Below are positions 51,401 through 61,887 of a stretch of 64,000 bases of DNA, piece by piece (the stretch's first letter is position 1; each line of letters starts with the position of its first letter). The DNA is taken from the NCBI GenBank assembly GCA_965637545.1, contig OZ281497.1:19964001-20028000 (forward strand), read 5' to 3'. The notes under the pieces were generated by a model, which was not told where the DNA came from, ran no database searches, and saw only the letters and a program-made list of their open reading frames with translations. The translations under genes were made by a program, and so were the position numbers. Source of the DNA: Phallusia mammillata (lineage: Eukaryota).

Positions 51401-53971
51401 AGCGCAATAGCTCATAGCCAAACCGCACTGTCTAATACTTCACAATATTTGCGCGTTTACGACTGACGGCAGCACGTTTGGGAGATCAAATTACGCCTCT
51501 CAAACTAATCACAGCGCCAACTTGCACGAGCATAACACCAATTGAAAGGTGGCTATATTTAACTTCGACGTGTTTCTCAATCGTACACGGTTGTCAATGG
51601 TTGTGTTTTGAACGTTTCAAAGTTGCTTAAACCGTTTCGAGTGGTAGTGGTAGATATTATAGGGACTTCTGTGGTTCATTCGTAAGGGTGAAAAGGAATG
51701 ACTTGAACTAGCCATCGAAAAACATTTTGTTTAGTTCATGGCATGAAAAAGAACAAAAACAACTTGAAAATGAGCAATTGAAACTGTGCTAAATGTTTTT
51801 GACCATAACATAAGCATTTCTTTTACAGTTTTTTAGCTTTGCCTACCATTTGAATAATTAAAAATTCCAAAATGTAGTTTGTTTATTTAGCCTTGTTACC
51901 ATCTAAATAATTAAAAAATTAAAATGTTTATTGTGTATGTAGCTTCACTTGCTGGCTAAATATTCAAACGCTTTACAAATCTGAAAATTGCAAACAACTT
52001 GAGCATTTAACATGCATTGAATTTCGGTACATTCAGGCCATGTTAGGTGTCCCAAGGGGACATGGAACCTTTGATTAAAAAACCACAGTCAGGCATTTGC
52101 AGACCAAAAAAACCTTTCTTGCCTTCTGATATTCATGCATCTGTGAAATGGGTCGTAAAAATTGGCAGCAGTATTTATTCAAACAAGATCAAAAATAGTG
52201 ATCAAATTTACTGTTCTGCAAGCACTAACAGGGATATGTATGAAAAATCAATTGTTACATATTCATGTAATCTAATATAAATTACAGATTTGATATTTAT
52301 TTTGAGAACATACATTATAGGAAAAACACACATTATAGCTGGACAGTTCATTCTGATGTTCAAACAAAAATTGCATTAACCATTTTGAACAAAATTATAA
52401 CTTTACACTTGAAACTACTCTGGCTTTTTGTAGAACAATTAAGACAAAAACCACTTACTTCACCATACTTGGTGTTACATCTTGACGTCCACTTTGCCTC
52501 CCTGTAGCCATCATATGCATAAGAGTGCTTAGTGTCACCTGCACCTTCATCTCGGTTAAACTTACAAGTTGAAGTACACCAGCCAATCTGCATAAGACCA
52601 GATGTTCCTATCTGGACCTCATACATCCACTTGCCTGAAAAATGTCAACTGTTTGTTTGGGAAGAAGGATTGCAACAAACATGACAATTAACAAGTTAAA
52701 ATCAGTTTTACTAATTCATGATAAAATGTGTAAGGGGTTTTAGATATTTTACTTTAAATTTAAGGTCATTTAACTTTAAATTTAAGCATTTGTTGTATGA
52801 TCTCAAAATAATACATGCCCTAAACCAAAGTGTTTTTTAAATCTTTTAAACATATTGATATTACTAATACAAAATACCACACAGTTAAGGTTTAAGGCCA
52901 GTGAACTAATAGCTGTATAGGAAAGCAATGTAAGTTGAGGAAAATCTACAAGCTACAGTTTGTTTAAAAGGACAAGCCACTCATGTACATACCTTTGTAA
53001 ACACAATGAGATGCCTTTACCGAATGAAAATTGGAGTTTCCGATCACGGCCAGACTGTCACCAGGCACAGTGTCAAGTGGATGGCCTTGTAGACTCACAT
53101 CATTTCCAGTTCCCAATCTGCCATCACTTGTTACTGTAAAAGACTTGTTTTTCAGTAAAGGCAAAAGGTTGTTTTTAGGCATGCTGAGAGAGTAGGTTGT
53201 TAGCTTTTTGTAAAGCACATACTGCTACAGTAAGACTACCTTGAAAGCCATTTTTGTCCACAATATACAGAGAATGGGGCATAGCATTTTTTGTGTTTTG
53301 TGGTTATGTAAAATGTTATGGTAACAATAAGCAAAATCTATGGTTTAAAACATTGGCAGAAAAAAGTTGTTCAGCCAAATTCTAATTGTTCTTACCATCT
53401 GGGGCAATCTGGTGGGGAACATACTTTTGCTTCTTTTCCCAAAAGTAGCCACCCTTTCGTCCAGAGCTGCTTGGAGAAGACTTTGAACCTGATAAAACCA
53501 ATAAAGTTTAAGTTTAAACTGTAAAGCTGTAAAATTAGGCCGTTTGCATAGAAAACAACATCATAACACAGTGGCAAACAAGTACAAAGAAAAGTATGTT
53601 TAATGTTTATACTTTTGTAAACTTGTGTAGCACTTTTTCAGCACAAGCAAAAATTGAAAGTTTCAACGGTTTACTATTTACACACATATAAACAAAAAAA
53701 TATTAGATTTCATAAAACAGGTGACTTACTGTGAGCAACTGCAGCACTGCTTTGGGCCACAGTAGGGGAGATGCCACCCAAAGCAGTATTAATATGATTT
53801 TCAAGATTGGAAAATCCCAGCATTGGATTCCTACAGTTAAAGGGGTTTAATGTAAATCAAATATTTAAAGGTAACTTATAGGGCAGGACAGCACTTACTT
53901 GCTATCCAGAGGTAAGCTCTTTTTGCTTGAAAAGACAATGCGGAGAATCTCATCAAGGCCACTGGCTGAAC
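21488..53971 (-). CDS. RNF123: E3 ubiquitin ligase RNF123/KPC1 (SPRY domain and C-terminal RING); start-codon exon not pinned, probably ~54-55.3 kb
   Basis: Exons 53971-53899, 53830-53730, 53133-52993 (VIGNSNFHSVKASHCVYKG), 52634-52459 (YEVQIGTSGLMQIGWCT), 50935-50868 (WEADDIVTCLLDLD), 50219-50063 (YFPVLSL..NFG..PVPGYRPIQ), 49215-49135, 48273-48196, 48120-47995, 46764-46598, 46250-46148, further exons, 36032-35948 (QHYPLMTSIAGII), 23390-23218, 22623-22532, 22127-22039 (LCTICYANLVSVVFNPCQHTSC), 21623-21488 (KTCIKQQMMTSKECFYCKAVV, TGA). Order and motifs match vertebrate RNF123 as recalled. Confidence 0.93.
24236..25339 (+). pseudogene. Decayed AMIGO-type ectodomain (LRRNT, LRRs, LRRCT, Ig) with stops and frameshifts
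   Basis: Colinear fragments: AADI...CT (LRRNT-like, ~24410), LKWLQGSVW (~24500), IKTIDLR (~24660), catggcaaattgatctgcgatgtcagataactcgatggttc at 24949-24989 (HG[NP]LICDCQITRWF after restoring a 3-nt and a 1-nt deletion), and F*SVLIF. One frame from 25052 reads RLVC...RWY...STDGTI...*DA...TTIEAPLRL with three stops. Confidence 0.55.
25340..26092 (+). CDS. AMIGO: AMIGO-like single-pass membrane protein, ~147 aa, lacking an intact LRR/Ig ectodomain; antisense within an RNF123 intron
   Basis: Exon 25340-25371 (MSTTIEAPLR, donor GTAAGT at 25372) joins in phase 2 to exon 25681-26092 (acceptor ...gaacAG). Product: ...LANLTANTNSSSQVQGFHPGFTTLISCGLLVVILVIYMWFEPK...KERVQFDPEP...SIVESRHTTPLVLV. This resembles recalled AMIGO motifs: FNTGFTTLLGC...VLVLLY (TM), KRVVFLEP, and C-terminal SVFSDTPIVV. 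Confidence 0.7.
27289..27954 (-). CDS. MGST1: Microsomal glutathione S-transferase 1/PTGES-type MAPEG protein, copy A (153 aa, 2 exons)
   Basis: Exon 27954-27631 (PED...VERARRAHLNDLENVVPF) and exon 27426-27289 (SRVWHSIAF..PQPSR, TAA); GT-AG, phase 0. Confidence 0.92.
28098..28145 (-). promoter_or_regulatory. Candidate TATA box and antioxidant-response-element-like motif upstream of MAPEG copy A
   Basis: TATAAATA (minus, 28105-28098) and ATGACAACGCA (28135-28145, fits RTGAYnnnGCR), ~150-190 bp upstream of ATG 27954. Confidence 0.35.
28830..29624 (-). CDS. MGST1: MGST1/PTGES-type MAPEG protein, copy B (152 aa, 3 exons)
   Basis: Exons 29624-29415, 29338-29228 (IRRSHLNDLEN), 28967-28830 (ARVIHTIAY..PQPIR). 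The real ATG is 29624; the ORF track starts at a TTG. Confidence 0.92.
30585..31385 (-). CDS. MGST1: MGST1/PTGES-type MAPEG protein, copy C (152 aa, 3 exons)
   Basis: Exons 31385-31176, 30893-30783 (VRRCHLNDMEN), 30722-30585 (SRILHTIVY..PQPARS); all phase 0, GT-AG. Confidence 0.92.
31708..31827 (-). rRNA. 5S: 5S rRNA gene, copy 1
   Basis: GCCTACGACCATACCACGTTGAGAACACCCCATCTCGTCCGATCTGGGAAGTTAAGC...AGTACTTGGATGGGTGACCGCCTGGGAATACCGGGTGTCGTAGGCTT followed by oligo-T terminators. Confidence 0.97.
32026..32988 (-). CDS. MGST1: MGST1/PTGES-type MAPEG protein, copy D (155 aa, 3 exons)
   Basis: Exons 32988-32773, 32501-32391, 32166-32026; all phase 0, GT-AG. Confidence 0.92.
33645..33764 (-). rRNA. 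5S: 5S rRNA gene, copy 2
   Basis: Identical to copy 1 by eye; TTTTACTTTT terminator. Confidence 0.97.
34001..35188 (-). CDS. MGST1: MGST1/PTGES-type MAPEG protein, copy E: predicted exon 1a (35188-34979), exon 2 (34324-34214), exon 3 (34138-34001), 152 aa
   Basis: Exon 1a is intact (70 codons, ends VER|GTAAGT) but has no exon 2/3 of its own. It is phase-0 compatible with the intact downstream exons (VRRCHRNDMEN; SRILHTVVY..PQPAR, TGA). The splice is inferred. Confidence 0.7.
34393..34591 (-). pseudogene. Frameshifted MAPEG first exon (exon 1b of copy E)
   Basis: 199 nt from ATG to donor, not a multiple of 3. Reads MEGSPYSLEN...TTIKR, shifts frame near 34477, and the paralog-like NKAVISSEDVKDPEKRKRALVPNENVER continues in another frame. 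The original frame stops at TGA 34438-34436. Confidence 0.75.
35451..35570 (-). rRNA. 5S: 5S rRNA gene, copy 3
   Basis: Identical to copy 1; TTTTGCTTTTTTT terminator; upstream TATAAG near -30. Confidence 0.97.
36850..37285. mobile_element. hAT MITE (436 bp)
   Basis: TIR CAG(C/T)GGTTCTCAA; perfect TSD GATTATAG. Confidence 0.9.
38130..38249 (-). rRNA. 5S: 5S rRNA gene, copy 4 (RNF123 intron)
   Basis: Identical to copy 1; TTTTGCTTTT terminator. Confidence 0.97.
38741..39709. mobile_element. Non-autonomous hAT element (969 bp)
   Basis: TIR CAGGGGTGGCCAACC at both ends; perfect TSD GTGTATGT. Confidence 0.9.
41037..41156 (-). rRNA. 5S: 5S rRNA gene, copy 5 (RNF123 intron)
   Basis: Identical to copy 1; TTTTGCAGTTTT terminator. 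Confidence 0.97.
44548..44667 (-). rRNA. 5S: 5S rRNA gene, copy 6 (RNF123 intron)
   Basis: Identical to copy 1; its 3' flank TTTTGATGCTCTTTTT is shared with copy 1. Confidence 0.97.
46251..46597 (-). other. U12-type (minor spliceosome) AT-AC intron in RNF123, 347 bp
   Basis: 5' site ATATCCTTT (46597-46589), branch site TTTCTTAAC (46272-46264), 3' AC at 46252-46251. The phase-2 join gives ..LHCS-FDRHSEIP. Confidence 0.9.
47113..47865. mobile_element. Outer hAT MITE of a nested pair
   Basis: TIR CAGCGGTT(C/T)CCAACC; perfect TSD TTTTAGAC. Confidence 0.88.
47184..47671. mobile_element. Inner hAT MITE (488 bp) inserted in the outer element
   Basis: TIR CAGTG(T/G)TTCCCAACC; perfect TSD ACCTAAGG; GGGTCGCG motifs. 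Confidence 0.9.
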
Positions 53972-56486
53972 CTGCATTTAAAAGTAAATTGAGGTGTTAG
54001 CTGATAAAAGCATTCAAACACATTACTATATAAATGACAGTACTGTTCATGAAATCATTTTATTAAACACCCAACTATTTATGATTTAAAGCAAAAAAGT
54101 GTTACTTAAAACAATTAATTTTTATTGAAAAATATGTTTTTTTTTCAATTTTTTTGTTTCTGAAAGTCATAACTAACAGAAGTTGTGTTAAGAAATCAGT
54201 ATATGCCATACTAACATCGGGTGTGAACAACAAACAGTTAACATTGGTTTCAACACCGCATCAGTTTCAATTGCGAGTCACACAATTTGAATCATAACTG
54301 TATATGAGTCGGTCACTTAGATCATTTTACATATGCCACTTTGCAACATGACTAACAAGCCAAATGTTCATGCAACATACATTTTTGTTTCCTTGATTCC
54401 AGTTTTTGCTTCATGAAAGTTGTACGAGTTGGAGAAACCAAACTACTGGAAGCCATTTTAACAGTTTCCAACAACCCTAATGATAATTTCAAAACTATAT
54501 AATTTACCACTTGTGGTCAGAATATGCCGACCAACAAATAAACAAACACCTTAATGCAAAAAGCAACCAATTAAAACCATACTCAGAAGTATATGGCTGC
54601 AGTTTTTTTGTATAATGTTACCAATTGAATTATTGTTTGTTTATTTTGCTTTTTACACAAAACTGTTACAAGTAATGTTAAAATCAACTGTCATTATCAA
54701 GTCAACTGTTTTCAATCAAATATCCTTTTACCCTGCATTTGTTTGCATATGTTTTAGAATTTAGAGTAATGAGTACTACTGCAAACTATGCACAACAGAT
54801 TTACTTATATAATCATCAACAACCAAAACCAAACAAAAAAACTTTTCTTCAGAAGCAAAAACAAGCATCTGAAGTCAAAAGCAAAATGTCATCAGCTTGC
54901 TTTAATACAACAATCCTTTTTCTCTCCTCAAGCCATAATTAAAAACCTGACTTACTGTTAAAATATTGCAGCCATTGTTGAAAAAATCCTACAAGTTAAT
55001 CTGTTGGTAATTGTGTAGCTCCTCAAAGAATACAAACACGTCAACCTGCATTGATATTCGACGGGCATAAACAAAAAAAAACTGTCATTGTTTGCATTAC
55101 TGTGACAACTGACAACCGATACCGATCTGCGTCTTTTGTAACACACTAAACGTTCGAAAAACACATACAAACAGGTCGTATAAACTAAAAAACAAACTAT
55201 TTTAGAAATTGATTTAGATTTGCTTTAACATCCTGCATTCTTTCGGTGTTGGTAGTTCCTGCAAAAACGGGAAACCCGGTTTTTCATTATTAAACCGAAA
55301 GTGTACATAGACACAGTCACTAGACGACGCTCTTCACAATGGATGTCAATCAAAACTTTTCACCAGCTGACAGAGGCTAACATAGATATCACCGACAAAC
55401 AAATTATCTTAACTAAAAAGTTTTTTTTATACAAAGCAGAGACCTTATATGTATATTAAACGTTTTAAAAAATAAATAGCACAAAGTTCTGAAATAAAAT
55501 TGACGATAGACTCTTGTGACATCCGTAGATTTACATTTCCTCTTTTTCGAGCGATTAGCCTACACTTCTTTGTGTAAAAAGTGTTTAAATCTTTGCTTTG
55601 TGTTAAAAACTTTTTTTATTTAGAAGTGATGATACTTTTTTTGTTCGATGCGGGCTAATGGTCACAGTCCATATTAACACCTTCTCTTTAACTAAAACGT
55701 AACCTGTTTAAGGTACCAACCTTCTGGCATTGAAAATCTTGCGTATTAAGTTTAAAACCTTTCTTAAAATAAAGCTAGACCATGACTAGTTTTTTTAATG
55801 AATAACTAGTTTTTAATGGAAAATAGCTTTACAAGCTTGGAATTTTATCGTTTAAAATTCAAAACTGAACAAACTGATTTACAAACATCAACAAACAGCT
55901 CCTTTAAGTGCATAGAAAAGTACGTGTTTATTGTGAGCAAGGGCAAAAAAACACAAACAACTCCAACCATAAAACCGTGCCAAAAGGTAACACAGAAGGA
56001 TCGCAAAAAATGAAACTTTTTTCATTACAATTAAGTTATAACATCGGTTCGAGCATAAGATACCTGTTCAAATAAATTAAAGCAATTAAAAGAAGTCGAA
56101 AAATGTCAATGAAGAGAGTAAGGACCAATAACATACGCACGGCATAGCCACAAATGGTTACAGTAACTTGCTTTGGCAAATATGTTGGAAAAACATTTTT
56201 AGTCAGAAATATTTGGACAAGACATGAGTTGCTTGTGGCATGTGGTAAGACATTAGAAAGCCGAGTTTGTGTTGAAATTTCATGATGAGAGAAAAGATGG
56301 CAGATATTACAACTTGCATTCCTGCAATCCTCAGGAGGGAAAAATGACAGCGTCAAATTGTTGACAACTTATAAAAAATAAAATTATTCGACATCGCGAT
56401 ACACCAGAGATGAAAATAATGAAAATTGTGGTACAGTGAACAGCGCTAGAAAAGAAACAACAAGAAACTGCGAGGCCCGTCGCTAG

Positions 56487-59400
56487 CTACTTGTGTGCAT
56501 AAGCTGGCGGCGGTGGTCGCACTGGTTCTTCAGCAGTGTGTGCCACGTGATTCAACGGAATCGTTTCGCCGTCGACCCTATTGCTCCCGTTCTGTGCCTG
56601 CGTAAAGGTACTGGTGCGCTGAAGAAGCGGAGCCCCGGCACTATCCCCGTTTGTTTCACCGTCGAACACGATCGGGGTTCCTGGTTTGAAGTGTAGACTG
56701 GAATCGCCGAAGACACCGCCGTTGCCTTGACGATAGGGCGAGCTCGGTGAAACAACAGCGGCAGTTGCGGCGGCACTTTGCAATCGCTTTTTGTCTTCGC
56801 GTTTCCGCTGAGCGGCGCTGTTGGTGCGGCATTTGAACACGGCGACTGCGATGAGCACCACGATGCAGGCCAACACAACAGCTATGATGATGATACTTGT
56901 GGAACCGTCGCCTCCCGCCACTTGCAACTTGTCGTCGTCAGTTGATGAAGTTGGACTGATGGTGGATGTGCTTGCCGGTACAACTTTTGGGACGCGTGAC
57001 TTTGCTAATGTTGTCGGAGTAGTTGTCGAAGTCGTAGTCAAAACGCACGAATTTTTTGGCATCAATCCAATTGATGAAACTGAAAACCCAGCATTGCTGA
57101 ACCTGAGCAAAACAAAAGGCAACATCAACACACCGTCCCAGCGTGGAGAAAATTCTACTAACACCATACCTTACGGCAAGCACCTATTTAGCTAAATTTC
57201 GATAAGTGGCGCGAAGAGCACTAATACCTATTTAAAACGCTATATCTCCAAACATGCTGACGCTTAGGGCTAGTAGGGTTTGGGTAAGGTATTATCATTA
57301 AAAATTTAATAAACAAACTTCCTAACGTAAAATTTTCAAAATCTAGGTTCCTGACCCCTTTGGCTGCGAAATAAATAATTCAGCTTTTTGCGCCACCTAT
57401 CAAAATTTAACTAAATGTGGGTCTGCCGTGAGGTATGGTGTTAGTAGCTCTACCGCCCGCGTATAGTCAAAGTACCGCCAGCCAGAACAGCAAAGCTATA
57501 ACGTTAAGCGCAGTCGTTAAGAAGTCAACGTCCTGATCACAAACCAAGTTGAAGGAATTTATTACACACTAAACCGCAGTTCACTTTGCTTTATGGCCGC
57601 TTTCCCGGAGAACGCCAAGTGGTTTATTGGAAAACGCCAGGGTTATGACTTTGTATGTGGCAGGTAAAAGTGGCAATCTCCTTTGAAGTTACAATGTTAA
57701 CAACGATTTATCGAAACTATAAGTTCATAAAAACCATATCCGGCTTTGAATGGTTTAACTATAAACACGTAAATGAACAAACCATTAGAACTCTATTTAA
57801 CAGGTTTGCAAAATGTCCGTTTCTAAAAAGTTATGATTCGTTTAATCGGGACGTCGATAAAAATTACATAAGGGCTAATACAGTCGGTAATGTGTAATTT
57901 GGTTATATGTTGCCAAACTGAATGGAGCTTGATATCGCCAAGCCCGGTCATTGTGGGAAGTCTTTCACGGACAGTTGTTTGCCTTGGAACATTTACAAAC
58001 TTGCGGCGAAACGACAATTGTGTGACTCGAAAGCGCAAAAGATTGCGGCTTTTGTCGTTTATTGAAAACAGTAAACTTGTGAAAGGGAGTTATATAGCGG
58101 TCGGGGTGAATGGAAAAGTGATAAAGTTTACGCAGCTTGGAACTTTTTTACTGTTTTGAATTAAAGTTACTTTTAAATGTTGTAGCTGGTTTTAAATGCG
58201 TCGACAAAAACGCAAAACTATGACACAGAAACAAAAGGTGTTTAGTCCTGAAATACTTCACACTCATACAAAGCAAAGGTCTTAGTTCTTGTTTACTAAC
58301 AGTTCCGAAATGATAACTTATATCTGTTTCAGATGCTTAATCTCTATTTTATTTGTTTTACACGATTTTTGGTGTAAAACAGCAACTATTGACGATGTAT
58401 GTTTAGTTTAGCAATGAATACCAAATTATACTACATCTATGGTCACAAGCACCTGCTGTTTAAACTAAACCAAACCCAACAACAATATAGAAAACTTACT
58501 TTTCGTTTAGCTGAGGTCTGTACTCTTCTAGCATGCGCCCAAGTGATTGAATCTCGTCGAAGGGACAATACATCTCGGATGCTAGTGACGTGTTGTACCA
58601 CGTGACGTATACTGAGCCCGCTTGAAGAGGAAGTACAAAAAAGTTGCTGGAATCAGAGTCACCCATCGTTGTCCAAATCACCTCCAGGAATCGAGAAGTT
58701 TCCACTGACGTAAAGTTCTGCAAAATAGAAAAGGAACATTTACATGTTAGCTAAGAATAAAATGGTTAAATATAGCTTAAATCGTGAATATCGTGTAATT
58801 TTGACTTGCCAACCAAATTATTGTCATCGTCAGATTGTAGTACTGTAACCCATTGTAAATCTGAGTCTTACAAGGGTACACATACTGAGTTGTTATGTTT
58901 AAAATATTTAAATATTTAACCCACCTCCAAGACGTAGTTTTCAATTTTAGCGACAAAGGCGTGATTTGCTTTCTTTTGCATGCCGACTTCTTGCGCTGGA
59001 ACCAAAACATAAACCTTGACTTTCATGCGATCCGAAAATGCCCCGTCTTCCTTGTTCACTGCAACAAGTCCGCCGTTCCAAATCCGATGAGTGGAATTAA
59101 ATTCATCCAGCGGCAAAATATCTACGTTGGTCGGCAACACAACCAGTGAAGATGAATTCGGGTCAACTGAAACCCAAAGTGGTAGTTCATCACCCCATGC
59201 TTGTAGAATGTAACGGGTGGACTCTGGTGATGCGACATTAAATTTTGATTTAGGAATTTGGACCCGGCTCTCTTTTCCCACCGATGCGGGGATTTTTAAC
59301 TCAAAGTCCCGATCAAGTAGTAATGGTCTGCGAACGATTGGAACAGCGGCTTTCGTTGTTGTTGGTTTCGTTGTTGTTGTTGCAGTTGTGGGCTTGGTTG

Positions 59401-61887
59401 TAGGGATGGTTGTGGGAACAGTTGGTTTGGTTGTGATTTTCGGCAGAGGTTTAATTGTAATAGGTGGGGGACTGGGTAGCTTTGTCTTTTCTATTGTCGT
59501 GGGTTCGATAGGCTTACTAGTCGTCGACGCAGTCGTTGACTTAGCTGGGGTGATTTTAGGTGGCGGTGGAGTAATAATCGGGGGAGACATGCTTGCGATG
59601 TTTGGCTTTTCGGTTGGGGGAGGGGGTTCGCACGGCCCGAAAAGCGAAACTTTCACCGATTTCAACACAAAATTCGGCGCCATGTGAAGTTTGAACTCAT
59701 CAGTGGCCTTTGACCTTTGACTGGCCTCGTCGGTCAGGTGGTCTCCCGTTATTGAAAACCACATTTGATCTAGTGCGTCGCGTTCGCATTTCCTGCGGTT
59801 GCCGAGATCGTTTCTAAACCAGGTAACAGTCAACTCTGCACCCTCCGTTTCTGCTTTCACAATGGTAAAGTGACCCGGGGGAACCACGTCGTTAAAATTG
59901 GCACCCAGACCTTTAGTTAGGCTTCGAGCAAATACAGAGGGAATGGCTAATTCGATATATGAGTCCGTGTAGGAAGAGAAATACATAGTAAATCGATGGT
60001 TGGTCGGACGCAGTCGGTTCGCAAGATTCACTACGAACTTGGTGAGTCCAGATTGCTGAGAGCTGTCCTCCGCCATGATATTAAAGCTTGGGTCGTCTTT
60101 CTGTTAAAACAAATCACTGAATAAATGTTTGTAGATTTATTGTTGCAAAATATATTAAGCTGCATAGGTTTTTGACAAAGGCGTATCACCTTTACCCAAC
60201 AAAAGTGATTTTCAACTGGTGGATTGTCTCCAAGGATTATCTAAATATTTAACTATTTTACATTTCCCCAATTTTTGCTTTGAAGAAATACAATTCAAGC
60301 CCAAATGCTTGTTGTAAAATTACTTTAACCTATCTTGCAAAAAGGAAATAATCCACCATATTCGTTTAATTGGACTGGTGGTTTACGACATGAAACAAGT
60401 TTATAACCACTGCCTTGAAACTTGATAAAAGTCGTATGTTTTAAATCTAAAATCAAACTTGAAAATCAAGTTTGTAAGGGAAGTGGAAACGTCAAATATT
60501 TAACATAAAAACTGCTGGAAGAGCAATACTCGTTGATACATTATGTCTGGCAGCATTAGCTTATTCATTGAAAACCAAGTTTAAATCAACCTATCCCAGA
60601 ATAAAAGTTCAACAAGTATTTTTCTTACTTCTGAGGAGCGGGGTGGGACACCGTACAAGGTCTGTGTGTCAATATCAAGCAGCATCCAGGAGTCGGTTCC
60701 CAGTTGATTGTTAAAGGGATCGAACGACGCCAAGTCGACCAGGCTCAGATGCAGTGCTCTTGTATTCCCATCTTCCTTGTCATAGAAGGTGTCTGCCGGG
60801 ATCTGGTACTCAAAGTAGTTGCCTCGGGGTACACGAAGATTTCTCAGTTCTGACGTTACTTGTGGACTGGAATCCCGACCCCTTAAACGTACATCGAGAT
60901 CGTCGAAGCCGGGTGTTGAAGGCACCATGGCGCTTGCGATACCGGGTGTGGAATCCACTTGCCGTTTTAGTCGTAAACGAGGCTTTTTGGTGTCTTCCGA
61001 TTGCGCCTTCCGCTCACCTTGGCGGGAGCTCACCCTGTAGTTAACACAGAATTGTAAATGACTTGTGTCAAAGCCGAACACAATCACGGAGACGTTTTTC
61101 AAGGCAAATGTGTTTATAGTTTACGCGTAAAATGTTAGGTCATGGTTAAACTATATATAATTGTATTGTTCTTGAATTAAGCTCTGAATTAGAGTCGTGT
61201 TTATGTGGACATGCGGTGTTTTCTAATACAAACCAACCTTGTGTTTCTTAGCTGTTGTAGAGGCACAATTTTAACAGCCGCCGGTTTTCGATTTTCGACT
61301 CTCCACTCAACGACGTCATAGCCCAGATCACGTGACAGCTGGCCACTGGCGGCATTCTTCTCTACCTCTTCCAAACTGGGAAGTTGCGACGCGTCTCCAC
61401 CACAGGCAATCGGCCACGACAAGTAAACTCCAGGGCGCTTGGATGGCAAGCTAGCTGCGTTACCCCGGCCAGACATGAAAGCCACTGTACCAGCCTGGGG
61501 ACGCGTTTCTATGGTTACGGTTCGCAGGTTGGCTACTTCGGGGCGGGACAGTGCACTGCACAGGTTTTGAATTAATGTTATTCGGCTCATTGGCGTAATT
61601 TGATTTACAGAAGCCTGCAGTGTTATAACCATGGTAACTACAGGTTCCGTGGGCAGGCAGCGAACCGGTCGATCCTCCTGGCTCCAGAGTAGTTTCCCAT
61701 CTGTATTTGGCTGCATGTTTTCGACAACATGGATTGAACAGGGCACAGTAAGGGCAACTTCGTCGTGGTGCAGTAGCGTTGCCACAATATGATGGCCGCG
61801 CCCCTCATGTACTGGTAAAGGGACTCCTTGAAGTGAGGATTCGTCCAACATGATCCAGTCACGAGTTTCAGGTGTTAAAATCTGGAC
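56487..61887 (-). CDS. DAG1: Dystroglycan; signal-peptide/first coding exon not identified (upstream of 61887)
   Basis: In-phase exons 61887-61238 (N-terminal Ig/S6-like: RCLPTEPVVTM..FMSGRGNA..LSWPIAC..LGYDVVEWRVENRKP), 61034-60629 (furin RLKR; YQIPADTFYDKED), 60100-58925 (SEA-like, P/T mucin, second CADG), 58717-58500 (AG|SVYVTWYNTS), 57102-56487 (TM IIIIAVVLACIVVLIAVAVF; KPGTPIVFDGE; PPPPAY; TAG). Confidence 0.9.

Noticed and set aside
54720-54728. ATATCCTTT (U12 donor consensus) on the + strand
   Set aside because: No + strand exon or matching branch site/AC was found, so it is treated as chance.
59217-59687. + strand hydrophobic ORF (also 56821-57195)
   Set aside because: Antisense shadows of the Thr/Pro-rich dystroglycan exons.
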